Assembly: GCA_044892505.1 (NCBI GenBank) | Contig: CM097884.1 | Span: 80,476,001-80,540,000, forward strand | Reading direction: 5' to 3' | Origin: Schmidtea nova | Taxonomy: Eukaryota | DNA: 64,000 nt | Part shown: piece by piece, positions 36,730-49,982 of the stretch | Layout: each line of letters starts with the position of its first letter | Numbering within the stretch: position 1 is the stretch's first letter | The notes under the pieces: generated by a model | What the model saw: the letters and a program-made list of their open reading frames with translations, nothing else | Told to the model about the DNA's origin: nothing | The model's database searches: none | Translations under genes and position numbers: made by a program

Positions 36730-37065
36730 ACCAATAAGTCGTGGCTTTCTTCAAATCAATCGGCTTTATCCATGCCTCAACCCGGTCTTACATTATAAAA
36801 GGTGTTTTTGTGTGTTAAGTTGGACTCCATTGGAATAATTTATTTTGAGTTGTTAAAGCCAGATGAAATAGTTACCGCTGATGATTATTTCCAGCAACTA
36901 GAACGATTACATCAAGAATTGTTGAAAAATGACCGGTTCTGGTCAACAGAGAGCATCTTATACTGTAACATGATAGTGTTAGGCTTCATGCAGCAAAATT
37001 AACCAAGAAAAAATAAAGAAACTTGACTGGAAAATTCTTCATCACCCAATATTGCATCTTCGTAT
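36730..37065 (+). pseudogene. mariner transposase remnant
   Basis: KVFLCV..DSIGIIYFELLKPDEIVTADDYFQQLERL...LHDSVRLHAAKLT (~HDNARPH). Confidence 0.85.
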
Positions 37066-37084
37066 GAATGTGATTTTCAGGAAA

Positions 37085-37300
37085 AGTATTCATTAAAGTT
37101 GTTCCAACTTTGTTTTTATATTTATCTGGAGTGAAGAGCAATTTTCGCGTCTCCTGAAAGGCACTGATGAGATTCAAAAGTTCAAAACTAGTCTGCTATT
37201 GGGTATTTGCACTGGGTATCACAAAGCTTTACATTTTATTACTTGTTTAAAAACAAACAGTCATTCGACAAATATTTTTCAAAAGAAATTTAAATAACAA
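37085..37300 (+). mobile_element. Penelope-like pseudo-LTR fragment with hammerhead ribozyme (37157-37200)
   Basis: GGCA-CTGATGA-GATTC-AAAA-GTTC-AAAA-CTAG-TC-TGCTATT; homologous to 55100-55205 (-), 55257-55335 (+) and 55515-55705 (+). Confidence 0.65.
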
Positions 37301-38046
37301 ACGAACTTCATTGAGCAAAACTTTGTTTGCAGAGTTAAATATACTACGTACAGGATATTAAAACATTCCTGAGTAAAAAAAAAGTTTTATTGAAAAAAGA
37401 AAAATTACCCTAAAAAAGAGAAAGCTCATTTTAAAATTAGTCTAAAGTTGATTGACTATGCTCTTTTTTCAATTGCCTATACAGAGTTCATGCATTTAAC
37501 ATTAATCGCTCAACAAAAACACATTCATAAATCAGGATCATTTTCACAGAAACAAATTAAATGTTTTCCATGTCATTAAGCATCTTTTTAAATCTTTGGT
37601 TGTCAAAACTTTTTGTGAAGGAACATTTTTACATCATTTTATTTGTCTTCTTTGCTAACAAAATTTCCTAAATCTTTTATTGAAATAAACATATTTTTCT
37701 GTATTCAATGACTTTCTAACATCCTCTGCATCTTATATTTTCGAAACCAATTGATTAAGGCATTCGAATAACTTAATTTCTAATTTCTTAAATATTAATT
37801 TCTTAATCCAACCTCTGGCCATATTGTGCTCAAAACTTCATTTAAGTATTTTTTAATGAAATAATTACTACTTGATTCATTGGTTGAATCATAGAAGACG
37901 TGTTTGCTGAAAAAGACCCACTTTAATTGGAATGAATGTATCTAAGGTTTTAAAATCAGTAGGATATCGGGGAGCATTGTTTAACAACAAAAGAGATTTT
38001 TTATCCAAAGTTTTTTTGCAATATCGTGGTTAGTCAACTAATCAGT

Positions 38047-38110
38047 CAGGGCCGGCCGGAGACCGGTGTAAACGGTGCGACTGCATAAGGCCTCCCACTG
38101 CTCAGGTCCG
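38047..38110 (+). mobile_element. Isolated hAT-like terminus
   Basis: CAGGGCCGGCCGGAG...GGTGCGACTGCATAAGGCCTCC, a GC-rich start typical of hAT 5' ends; partner end not found. Confidence 0.4.
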
Positions 38111-38300
38111 TGTTATTCCTGTTTTAAAATAAAATGTTATTAATAAATTATTTTAATATATTGTTTTTGAAAAGAATTACCATAAATAACTTTATAATAA
38201 TTTAAAATATATAATTAATTATATTAATAATAGTTTTTCTATAGTAATATTATATATGCAAATAGTAAAACTAAAACTGAAATTATAACATTAATTTTCA

Positions 38301-38540
38301 TATCATAATTATCTTTTTTCATCTTTGATCTTTTGTTATTATTATTAAAAATAATTCTCATAATGACTATAGATCAAAATTTTTTTTATAAACAATAACA
38401 CAATATTTCGGCACAGTCTTTATCAAGTGTGTATTTGTGTATACACACTTGATAAAGGCTGTGCCGAAATATTGTGTTATTGTTTATAAAAAAAATTTTG
38501 ATCTATAGTCATTAAGAGAATTATTGATAATAATAATAAT
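38301..38540 (+). repeat. Foldback element, copy 4, subfamily B (plus degenerate neighbour at 38550-38705)
   Basis: Tail plus ~85-bp arms ending ...TTATCAAGTGTGTAT-TTGTGT-ATACACACTTGATAA...; near-perfect pairing. Confidence 0.95.
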
Positions 38541-39120
38541 TTTCATAATTATATGGCTATAAATCAAATAGTTTTTGGGGTTTTTGGGTTGTTAAGTACA
38601 CGATATTTGACACAGCCTTTGTCAAGCCTTTACACACTTGATAAATTTATATATACACTTTATTAACTATAGTCATACAATTATAAAAATTATTGATATA
38701 AATAAAAATAAATAAATAAATAAAAAGTAATTTCCGAATTTTTTTCCAGTTTATTTAAATTTCACTTGATTTAACAGAAATAATATTTTTCTTCAAATTA
38801 TTCGTTGACATATCTTCTATCCATAAATTTAACCCTTTCTCCATTTTTTCTAAAATTGAACTCCTCAAATAAGTTAATTTTTCAACCGTTAAATCTGTAC
38901 AATTCTGAGGAGACTGTTTTACTTTTTTTGATGGACTTAGTATGGTTGCTAAAGTTGATTGGGTTAATCTTAAAGAATGTGTGACATCGAATTTTCTTTA
39001 TCCACTTTCTACACATCTTTCAATAATTGGATAAGTTTCCAAAGAAATTAATTTTTATTCTTTGATTCTGACATTTTAACTAAAAAATCATTTCTATAAA
39101 AATTTACAAAATATCCATTA

Positions 39121-40351
39121 TAGCGTTTCTCGGATAAAAAACTATTTTAACAAATAAAAAACCTATTAAAAATTAATTTATTCAATAAAATTTATTCTAC
39201 ATATTAAATCTTGAAATTTAATCTTAATACCCATGACTACAAGTAAAAAGCAAATGACTGACGAAATTCGCAAAATGATCATTGATAAATTTGAATCTTG
39301 AAAATCATCTACAACAATTTCATAGGATCTTGAATTAGAATATGAAGCTGTTAGGAGTGTAATAAAACTTTACAAAAAAGATGGTCGTAGTAGCAAGAAA
39401 CTCAATGAAGGGCTAAAGTTAAAAAGATCACGCCGGACATTTAAAATTTAATAAATTCAAAAATTGAACAAAATGTATCAATTACATTAAAATCATTAAA
39501 GGAATGTATTTTTTCTGAGAAAAGAGTGGCTGTATCATTGCCACCTATTGAGAGGTCACTCAAAGATATGAATTATTTTTTATAGAGTATTATTAGTTCC
39601 TGAGGCCCACGATACCGCAGATAATATGGAAAAACGCTCTGAATATGCCAATAGCATCTTGCTACTTGATGAAGAAAAAACAATTTTTATTGACGAAATC
39701 GGTGTAAGTTGTTCACTTCGGCTCGCTTATAGAAGTAGTATTGTGGGAAGTCCAGCAAGAAAAAATGTTAGAGCGATTCGCTCTAAAAATTATTCAATCT
39801 GTGCAGGCATTGCAAAAAATGGTTTGATTGCTCATCACACTCAAAATAGCGCTTTTAATGGAAATAGTTTTATACTATTTATTAAAGATTTATTTGTGAA
39901 GATGAGAGAAAAAATATGAATAATTATACAATCATAATGGACAGTGTGGCTTTCCATAAAATATCTGAAGTTCGAAATTGTATTGAGGAACATGGTAATT
40001 TTCTATTGTTTCTTCCACCTTATAGTCCTCAGTTAAATCCAATTGAGGAGTTTTTTAGTAAGTGGAAACATTTTGTAAGGGTGGCAAACGCAAATACGAT
40101 TAATGAACTTGAAAATGCAATTATATTACGATGTACAATGGTTACCGCTGATGATTGTTTAGGATTCTTTAGAAATGTAAGATCATATTGTTTCTTAAAA
40201 ACATTTTTTAATATAATTTATTTGTAATATATTAAATATAGTTTAATTATGATTTAAATAAAACATTTTATTATTCAATTTTAATAGTTTTTTTATTTGT
40301 TAAAGTAGTTTTTTTATTTGATAAAATAGTTTTTTTATGTGAGAAACTCTA
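39121..40351 (+). mobile_element. Tc1/IS630-like DD34E transposon, full length, transposase disrupted
   Basis: TIRs TAG(C/A)GTTTCTC..ATAAAAAACTATTTTA.CAAATAAAAAA, flanked by TA (39119-39120 and 40352-40353). Transposase ~39233-40227 with IFIDEIG, IIMDSVAFH and LPPYSPQLNPIE (34 residues between D and E); stops and frameshifts. Confidence 0.93.
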
Positions 40352-41135
40352 TATGACATGTAGTCAAAGGAACCTACGTCAATAACGGCAATGCGTCACA
40401 CTGGAAAAAACTCATTAATTGTAAACAATCTCTAATTTAAAGGAATGAGTCGGCCGTTAGCCTTAAATTAGAATATTTTTAATTAAACTTTTTAATTAAT
40501 TAAAAATACATTAAATAAAGTTTGATATTGTAGACTTTGTTATAATCGAAGCTTTGCTACCATAGGTAATGTTAACGAAGGTAAAACTATCTTCATTTTT
40601 TTCAGACAATAAATTAAATAAAATTATTGAATTTATGAAAAATAAATTTTTCAACTTTTGTCTAAAAAATCGAAAATAATTCAAAGGTTATAAAATTAAA
40701 ATTTTTAATGATAATTGAGTATTTGAAGGATTGCTTTTACTTGTTGAAAGGCAAGTAAAAAGTGTTAAAAATTATAATTTTGTCGAAGTTTTGAAAATTT
40801 TAAAGAGAAAATATTAAAATTATTAATTCTTTTTTTTATTATTTTAAATTATGTTCAAATTTATGAAAAATTAAATTGAACAATTATTTTAACAATTATT
40901 CCTATATAAAAGGAAGAAAAATTCTTTCATCGAAATTTTAAATCTTGTTTATAATAATAATTGTTTTTTTTAATATTTTGTAGGAAATTATTTTATTTAT
41001 TATCTTTCAAAGTAAACTCGTTTATTTTAGATATTTAACAAATGTTATTATTTGTTTATTTTCGAAAACAATTACGATTTTAAATTATATTTTAAATTTT
41101 TAATAAATTAAAGGTAAAAATAATTAAAATTTTAG

Positions 41136-41273
41136 ATGTTTTCCTAAGTACTACCATATCTCAGCGTCATCCAATTTATACATTTGTGGAAAATCAGAAT
41201 CTTCTCCAGATATAAGTTCTATCAGTACGACTTACCAAACAGCTTTCAGTCATTTATCAAAAACAGCAAATAG
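41136..41273 (+). CDS. Candidate isolated exon
   Basis: tttag|138 nt open in one frame (CFPKYYHISASSNLYICGKSESSPDISSISTTYQTAFSHLSKTAN)|gtaaat, embedded in very AT-rich sequence; partner exons not resolved. Confidence 0.3.
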
Positions 41274-41758
41274 GTAAATATGAATATTTTTAATAAGTTT
41301 AAAATATATTTTTTTTCATGTTGTTTGAAACAAGAATAAACAGTTAATTTATTAAATACTGTCGAAAGAAAATTTCCAAATAATATTTATTTATCAAATT
41401 TAAACAAATATTATTTTAAAAATATTTCATTGAAAAAGTTTGTCTATTTATTTATTTTAAGAAAATTCTAAAATTTATTATGTTATTCCCTTTTATTGAA
41501 AATAAAAAATAAAAATGTTAATAATATTTGATGTCCTGTTGTTATTATTTTTTAAAAAACAATTAATAGACATGAAATTTATTTGAAAACTTAAATTCCC
41601 AATGTTTAGAAAAATATATTTTAAAAATTTATTTAAATAAATAATTTTGAATATTCAAACAATTTTCACAGAAAAACATATAATTTAAAAATTAAATTCG
41701 AAAATTCTGAATTTTATCAAATACGCTGATAAAATTAATAAAATTGCAATTGTAAAAT

Positions 41759-41998
41759 TATCATAATTATCTTTTTGTTTCACCTTTGATCTTTTTTTAA
41801 TATTAATATGAATAATTCCCATAATGGTAAGACTATAGATCAAAATTTCTTTAAATAAATACACAATATTTCGGCACAGCCTTTATCAAGTGTGTATTAA
41901 ATTAATTGAAATACACACTTGATAAAGGCTGTGCCAAAATATATTGTACTTATTAAATAAATTTTGATCTATAGTCTTACCATTATGGGAATTATTGT
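41759..41998 (+). repeat. Foldback element, copy 5, subfamily A
   Basis: Tail TCATAATTATCTTTTTGTTTCACCTTTGATCTTTTTTT, then paired arms with a ~14-nt AT loop. Confidence 0.95.
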
Positions 41999-42359
41999 AA
42001 TTATTTTATATTTAAATCTGGTTTAATAATCATTTTTTACAGATCAAAATATACATTTTTTTTATTTTCAACCGATATTTTTGATATTGTTTTTTTTTCA
42101 AATGTAATGTAACACTTAAAATGGAGTACCAAATTTTTGACTAGAATTGGAAAAAACGAATCTGTAAAAACATCATAGGTAAAGAAGATTAATGATTTTA
42201 AAATTTTAAAATTGTAATTTAAAATTTCATTTTAAATATACAATTTCACCATTTATTATAAAATTACAATTCTTTTATGTACTAACTTCTTCTTGATCAG
42301 CTTAGGTTAGAACTGTGATTCTACAACATTTTCTGTCAACCACTGTTGATAATATTTTA

Positions 42360-43000
42360 CCTTTTAAGGACGGGATTTTTTAAAAATTTGTTCAATAACA
42401 TCAAATTATACTGATAAACACATACATTTGACTCGAACTTGTATCATACCAAGGAGCACTATTTGAATATCCTTGATGTGAACACTGTTGATGATAAGTA
42501 TTTGTTTGAATAACAATATCATTTATAAATTCTTCATCTAAGAAATGTTCAAAATAATCAATTGAAAAAAAACAATCTAATTCAATTTCTGAATTTGCAC
42601 CTGGATTAGATGTAAAATTCCATTGTTTCGGCTGAAAATGACCATCGAACCAGTCTGAACTTGATAAATTTGATTGACTTTCACTATCTGAATCAGAATA
42701 ATCTTCGATTTCAGTTTCAGAACCAGACTCTTCATCACAAAAAATTTCAGAAATAGTAGAGTTAGAATTATTCATTTCAGATATAAAATTCGAAATAAAA
42801 CTTTTTTTATAAAAACTTCTCAATTTATTGATTTTATGAACAGGATGTGATTTTATAATAGGAAAAAATATCAAAATTTTTTAATTTATCAAAATGTGCA
42901 TCTTTTAATTATTTTTCAAACGATTCCTAAATAAAAAAAATTGTTAATCCGTTCTCAAGATATTTCAGTTACTATATAAAGTATGCCCGTCCTGAAAGAG
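42360..43000 (-). mobile_element. Internally deleted piggyBac element
   Basis: Right end CCCGTCCTGAAAGAG|TTAA (TTAA at 43001-43004); left end CCTTTTAAGGACGGG (12/15 match). ORF 42401-42874 has an acidic N-terminus and NFTSNPG...DYFEHFLDEEFINDIVIQTNTY...W.D, as in PGBD-type proteins. Confidence 0.85.
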
Positions 43001-45139
43001 TTAATAGCAAATAATTGGAAATTTGGCCAACTTCATCCTTCGGTTACCTTATTGCTTAATTATCATCAAATTTCAATGCTTCCCCACTTGCTAATGGCGA
43101 ATAAATGTAAATTGAAATTAATTGAAACATCATAATATATTTGTTACCTTTTTTTTAAAAAAAATATATAACGGAATCTGAAAATTATTCCAATTCACTA
43201 ATAAAACACCTTGAAAAAATAAACGAAGAAATGACCAGCAATTACGCTGAAATTGCACAAAAAAAATTAACAAAATTTAAACAAAAAATCCAATGTAAAA
43301 TTTACACGTTAATTAATATTTGTTGAAAGTTATTTTTCAACTTTCAACTGGATTACGGAAAAATACGGCTAAAATGTTTCAAGTAAATAAATAAATAAAC
43401 ATATTTGAATTTCATTAAAATAGTTTTCGTGTATGTATTAAATAAATAAAAAATTTATATTACGTATTAAATTACCACATGTAAAATTTCCCTATAAATA
43501 TTAAATGATAAACTTTGCTAAAAATTCGTATATTTAGTTTATTTATTTTAGCTATGTAGTCTGTTTTCCATATGCTTTTCAAAATCCAGAGTCATTATAT
43601 ACAGTTTGAATATAATAATATTCGTAAATAAAATTACAATTAATGCATGAAAGATCATCGTGAATTGTCACCGATGAAAATATGCCTCACTTTGTCCGAT
43701 TTATTGAGGGGAGGGAAATTTTAGTTTAAATAAATGTTATTTTTCAATTGTCGCATTAATTTGTTTTTCAATCTTAAAATTCTGAAGAATTAATTATTAA
43801 ACATTTAATAATTTATTAAATTTATATACAGTAAATTTTCGATAAATGTCAAAAGATGAAAATTAATTTTTATAAAAAAGTGACACATAATAAATATTGG
43901 TAGTCATCGGATTTTAAATTATCCCGCAGAAAGCTTTTGTGTTAAATTTTTGAGGTTCGTCTAAAATGGTCCAACGTGAGATGAGAGTGCGTGAGAGATT
44001 TGGGGCAAGTTAATAAAAAGGCTGAAAAATGTAAAATTAACAATAAGTGTCATATTCGTACAAAAATATATTTAAAAATAAGAAAAATCAAAAATTGACA
44101 TCGCGGGGGAAATTGGTATGTACGGACGGCTAAGGGAAAGACAAGTATGAATATGATAATAAAATAAAAATGGGGGTCCCTAGAAAAAGAGATTCGATAA
44201 ATAGAAATTAATTAAAATTAATGAATAATTTATTAGTTATGTAGAAAACCTGAGTCAACTAGAAATCCGAGTACATGGGAAACCTGAAATAATTGAAAAC
44301 CCGAACAAAATGGAAACCCTGCATAAAATTTAATTATCGGAGTCGCACGCCGAAATTATTAAATTATAAGGAACATTATTCATCTAAATTCGGCAAAAAT
44401 TCAATAATAAAAAAATAATTACATTATGTCATATTCTGAAAATCTAATTGATATGTTGACACAATAAAATTACTATAAAAAGATTAGCTTGATTTTCTTT
44501 ATTTAAGAGTTCAATAGTTTGTAAATTTCATTGTTAGGGGTTTCTTGTTCTTGACTGTTTTATCGTCTATTTTCTGATGGGTTTGGTTTTTTGTATGTTT
44601 TACAGATTGTTGGGAATATTTCGTCGTTTTCTTTTATAAGCTATAGTGACAGTTTGAATTTTAGTTTCATATTTGAACCACTTTCATACAAATTCACATG
44701 CTATTTTCCTTTAAGTTTACAAATGGTTAATGAAAACAGTGTTAAACAGAATTTCATGAATTCTCCTCTATCAATCCCAATTTTAATCAAATTTATCCAT
44801 CTCACTGTACGGATAACCGACGTTCATTGCGACTCCAGTGAGTACGGCTTCATAATATTGCGACCTACAATTTAAATAAAATATTGTCTTAAACGCTGAC
44901 TTTGACAAGTGCGAGAAATCGTCATAATGAATGATAGATCTTTATTTCTTTCTCTCACATGCATATGCGTATGGACGTGTACAAATGTAGTTAGTCATTA
45001 GCGTGAGTGAGATAAACTAAACTCAAAACGTACTCCCTAGTATGAGTTGTAGCTCAAGATTTGAGTGAATATTTTGGGTTTGAGCTTAGATGCGATTTCA
45101 AACTTACGCATGTTAATTAAATTTTTGAGCCCTTCGTAA

Positions 45140-46500
45140 TTTTTAAAATGTGAAAAGGCAACTTAATAAATCGGTTAAGAAAACTGGCAATGTGATGACT
45201 TTGAAAAACAAAACTAAAATTTATTGAAAAGATAAAAAATTGAGGTAAACTTACAGCTATATGAAGTGATTTTAAATTGGCTGAGTCTAAAGTGCGATCA
45301 ATTGTACGACTAAAAGATAAAATTAAAAAGGCTGGTGAGAGTGTTACTCCAATTATAGCGACAAACGTTTCACAAAAATGAAGTGTTTTGATGATGGAAA
45401 TGGAGAATTTATTAAGAAAATGGATAGAGGATCTGAATCAAAACCACATGCCTATTAGTACTCAAATCATAATGAGTAAATCACTTAGGCTTGGGGATCA
45501 TTTAAAATTTCAAGATTGAGGAGAACAAGTATTTAAAGCAAGCAAAGATTGATTTGATCGGTGTAGAAAACGATCAAACTTGCATAACCATAAAATTATT
45601 GGTTATTTGGCTAGTGCAGACGTAGAAATTGTAGAAAGGACAAATTATCCAACAAAATTAATTTTTAATGTGGATGAGACTGTACTTTATTGGAAACGGA
45701 TGCCAACACGTACGCTTATTTCCATTGAGAAAACTGCTTCTGGTTTAAGCCTTCAAGGACCTTCTAAATCTTCTTCTCGGTGGAGATGCATCCGGAGAAT
45801 TAAAATTGAAACCTTAGTTGAACTACCAATTGAAAATCTTCGTACCCTTACAGGCTACTCTAAAGAAAATTCACTATTTTTTGGCGAAGTAACCGTAACG
45901 CTTGGATAACACAGTATTTATTTGTGGACTGGTTTAAAACTTGTTTCTGTCCAGCAATAAAAAATACATTACCAGTATAATGGACTTAAACCTCGAGCTC
46001 TTCTGGTATTGGACAATGCGCCGGTACATCCTCTGGAACTTGAAATGCTGTACACTGATTTTCCAATTGAAGTGGTATTTTTACTTCCAAGTACTACTTT
46101 CATCTTACAGCCTATGGATCAAGGCGCAATAGCAGTCTCAAAGTTTATTATTTAAGAAAAACGATACATCAACTCAACGAAGAAACTGATGGAGGTAATA
46201 GATGCCATGTGGCTTTGGTGGAAAGCTACCAAAAAATCGACGAATTGTGGAATGAAGTCACCCAATCGTGTATGAAGGGTGTTTGGAGAAAATTGTTTGG
46301 TAAAATTTTTAAAGTTCACTGCAATTATGAAAATAATATTCAAAATATCATTGAAGGGATAAGTCGTATAGATATTTCTGGAGGCATCAAAGATGTCGAT
46401 AAAGACGACATTCAGACTTTGTTAAAATCACACGGCGAACCCTTGGCTAATGAAGAGCTGCAGGAAATGGACTGTCATACTGTCTTCGACGGTTCCTGAC
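45140..46500 (+). pseudogene. Tigger1-like (pogo) transposase remnant
   Basis: MEMENLLRKWIEDLNQNHMPIS, FKASKD*FDR, IFNVDETVLYWKRMPTRT, NAWIT..LFVDWFK, LVLDNAPVHP, LQPMDQGAI. Confidence 0.92.
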
Positions 46501-47275
46501 AAGAATTGTTACAAACTACTTAATAATATTCTTTATGGTAAACTCTCAAAAACCTTAAAAAAATATCAAATTCAAGATTGTGTAATTCAGCATCAAAACT
46601 GATTACGTGCACTTCAAAACCCACTTAAAGAAAAACATACAAAATTGACGATGACTTAATATATGTGCTTCTTAATAAGGACTCTGTGTTTAGATAGACC
46701 CAGCTACATTGGGCAAACCGTACTGGAAATATCTAAACTTAGAATGTATGAACTCTAGTATGGAGAATTGCAAAAATATCACAATGAATTCAATTGTGAG
46801 ATTAATATAGTTGCCGGTGATACAGGCTCTTATTTTCTTGAGGTTAAGAATTGTAAGCTGAAAACTCTTTTGTCTGTGATGGATGGAGATAGGCTTTTGG
46901 ATACCTCAAATTATGATCCGGAACATCTTTTATATTCTAGAAACCTTGATTCCGTCATTCGAAAACTCACAGATGAAAATAAAGGTCTGAAATATAAGGA
47001 ATTGTTTTTTCTAGACCAAAGTGTTCTATTTTGTTAGGTGAAAGAAGAGTCCATTAAAGCGAATGGAATAACATTGAAGGGTACTGACTTGAAACATCAG
47101 TCTTACCTGGATTGTTATCATAATAATTCTAGAGTTTCCGTTGACCAGTCTCAATTTGTAAGTAAACATCATCAAATCTTTTCTAATAAGTCTACAAAAA
47201 TTGCCTTGACTAATCTTGATGACAAAAGACTTTGGATAGGTTAAAATCAGAGTCTTGCTTAGGGTCACCATACGG
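46500..47275 (+). pseudogene. Polinton/Maverick protein-primed DNA polymerase B, C-terminal part
   Basis: YKLLNNILYGK (motif B), RPSYIGQTVLEISKLRMY, AGDTGS (YxDTDS), DTSNYDPEHLLYS...IRKLTDENKG, IKANGI, SKHHQIF...KIALTNLDDKR. Confidence 0.9.
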
Positions 47276-48970
47276 GTATGAATTTGGTTATGGGGGGGGG
47301 TTAATAATATGGAAGAAGAAATCAATAATGCCGATGATGCCGATGATACCGATAATGTTGTTTTTGTTGATATTTTAATGAAAAATATTTTATTTCAAAA
47401 ATTGTTGTTTACTTTTCTTGTTATTTATAAATATTATTTGTGAAAAATATTTTAAAATTTGTTCGGCATTCGAAAAGTAATGACATTATTTTATTTTGGG
47501 CAAATTTTTGGGAAATGTGGGAGTCTATTTTACATGTAAAAGTTAGTCAGATGAGATTTCAAGAAAATATTGTTTTACCTTTTTTGTTCGGCATTCGAAT
47601 GGTAATAAAATTATTTAATTCTGATAAAGCTTTTACTAATTGCAACTTTATCCGGTGTTTGTGATTTGAGAAATGTGGGAGTCGAGGGTTTTACGTGTGA
47701 AATTGTATAATTTCATGTGTTTTTATATGATTTGTCGAAAAAGTTACATGTTTTTTATAAATATTTACATGTTATTTATAAAATTAACAGAAAAAATTGA
47801 AAAATCTCATTAATTTTTGATAATTCTTAAAATAATTTAAAAATTTGTCGAAAATATTTCATAAAATTTTAAATATTTTAAAATTTTATTTTTTCACCAT
47901 CGATTACACAATAAATTGTTATGTAACCAACTGATTCATTGATAAACTAATGCGACACGTAATTATAGATTTTTGCGCAATATAAAACATGATTAAGTAA
48001 CTTTCCAACCTTATGTAATTTTTTACCCCTTCCAAAAAAACTAGGGGGTAAGTAATTTTATAAAGTTTAGGGATACATGACTTGCGTCAGCGTGCTCACT
48101 TCCCTCTACTGTCAAGTGTCAGTCAGAATCTAATTTATTATACGTTACGAACCAGGAAGGGAGATCTTCCTTTGGGATACTTATCCCTACGCTTAATCGG
48201 AAAAAGAGTGCATATAAAAAGTTATTGACACTGCGTAAAGAGCTTTTTTATCATAATATTATGTCAAATAGTTGTAAAGAGTGTCATACTTTTGAATAAA
48301 TCTTACTGTGTTATGTTTTTCTTGAATCAATCTCATAAGAATACCAAGGAGTCAGAAAAATAGCACCGAATAATGAAGGAAAACCCAACATTCCTAAAAA
48401 AATAAATTTCATTTTAAAAACTACTTTTCCCAAAGATAAGGGACCTAAAAAGTGACATAATTCGCTAAACGTTTAAATGAAGTTTTTTGTTTTTGTTAAA
48501 ATAAAATTTTTTTACGAATAATGTGACTTAGCAAAAAAGAATATATCTGTCGAAAGCTATATAAATTCTAAAAGTCAAAATAATAATATATGTCTCGGTG
48601 GGACAGTTTGAGTGTTGAGTATGTTTGAGATATCGTGAAAACATTTGAAAAAAACAGTTTGAAAATATTTTTAAATCTGAATTTTAAATGTATATTTGTC
48701 ACTCTTGAAATTAAATAAAAAATTGTAATAAACAATTCCAGGAATCTTAACTAAAAGCAGTAGAATATTATTGGAGAATTTACATACATTTCACGACATA
48801 AAATCTGATCTCAGTTTAGAAAGAATTTGGAATGAATAAGCATTTGTTTGTCAAATAACATGTCCTACCAGATGGTCTTTAAATTAGATGCGTTAATTTG
48901 CATTGGATATCTCAAAACGGATCTCAAGGTCTTTTTAAGAAAATTTGTAAAAATTAACCTTAAAAAGATC

Positions 48971-49146
48971 AATAAAAAATATGAAAATAATTAAGTCGTC
49001 AGTTTGTCATTATAAACATAGTGAGATGAATATATTAAAAAATTATAATTGTAAACAATAAAAAAATATGAAAATTAATTAAGTCGTCAGTTTGTAATTA
49101 TAAACATAGTGAGATGAATATATTAAAAAAATTATAATTGTAAACA
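48971..49146. repeat. Tandem duplication, ~87-bp unit x2
   Basis: AAATATGAAAAT(T)AATTAAGTCGTCAGTTTGT(C/A)ATTATAAACATAGTGAGATGAATATATTAAAAAA(A)TTATAATTGTAAACA repeated. Confidence 0.95.
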
Positions 49147-49982
49147 TTAAATATTGCGAACACAGTAAATTAATTCTCCAGGCTTTGTTTTAATATTGAT
49201 TTTAGAAATAAATTTTAGAAAACTTTTTGAATTATATTATTTGCAAAATTAAGAAAATTACTAATTTTAATATCTTTGAAATATTTAGTTTTGTGACATT
49301 AACTTGTTATTATGATTTTAATTTCTTTTAACTACTTACTAGTTCAATAATTTAAATCCAGATTGACCAAATAAAAGTATTTAAAAATGATCGATTTAAA
49401 ATAAATAAATGTGTGAGTGTATTTCATGCAAACAAGAATCGACTGGTTAAAATTAAACTCAGGATAGTCAGTATAATAACAAGCGTGCTATCCGAGTGAC
49501 GCTTGGGGTAAACAGTTAAGTGGATAATTGTTTTATCTTTTTTATGTCATTTATCTAAATCATTTATTGTAAATAGCCCTTTAAGGTTTATACCAATGCG
49601 ACACCAAATTACTTCTCTTTTGTAATATTTTTCTTTGATTTTCTATGAAATTTTTATTTCTTCGGAATACATTTTATGATTAATTTGACTGTTAAACATT
49701 TTCGAATTTTTTTCGAATAAAACTTCAAATGTTAAGTACTTTATTGATTTGAATGTTCTTTTAAAGATTTATTTTTCAGCTCTTCTTTTAAGAAGTGGGA
49801 ATAAACAAAAATAAAAGGACATTAAAATGAATTTTTAAAATCTTCCACAGTTCTTCAATACTTGAACTACCAAATCAGTCAAAATGAATAGTTTAGAATG
49901 TTAAATTTAAAATAGTTATATTTATATTTAAATTTTATATGCTTGTCTTTGTGATTGTTTTCTTCATTCCTACTTTCTTTAA

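Larger units (their letters stand above)
37500..39080 (-). pseudogene. Tigger/pogo transposase remnant interrupted by later insertions
   Basis: N-terminus at 38720-39080 (STLATIL...EKMEKGLNLWIEDM); DDE part at 37500-38035 (LLLLNNAPRYP...ANTSSMIQPMNQVVI); a hAT end and foldbacks lie between. Confidence 0.8.

Noticed and set aside
43005-43300. Two open plus-strand stretches as exons continuing the 41136 exon
   Set aside because: The second stretch has no usable AG acceptor and the phases could not be reconciled.
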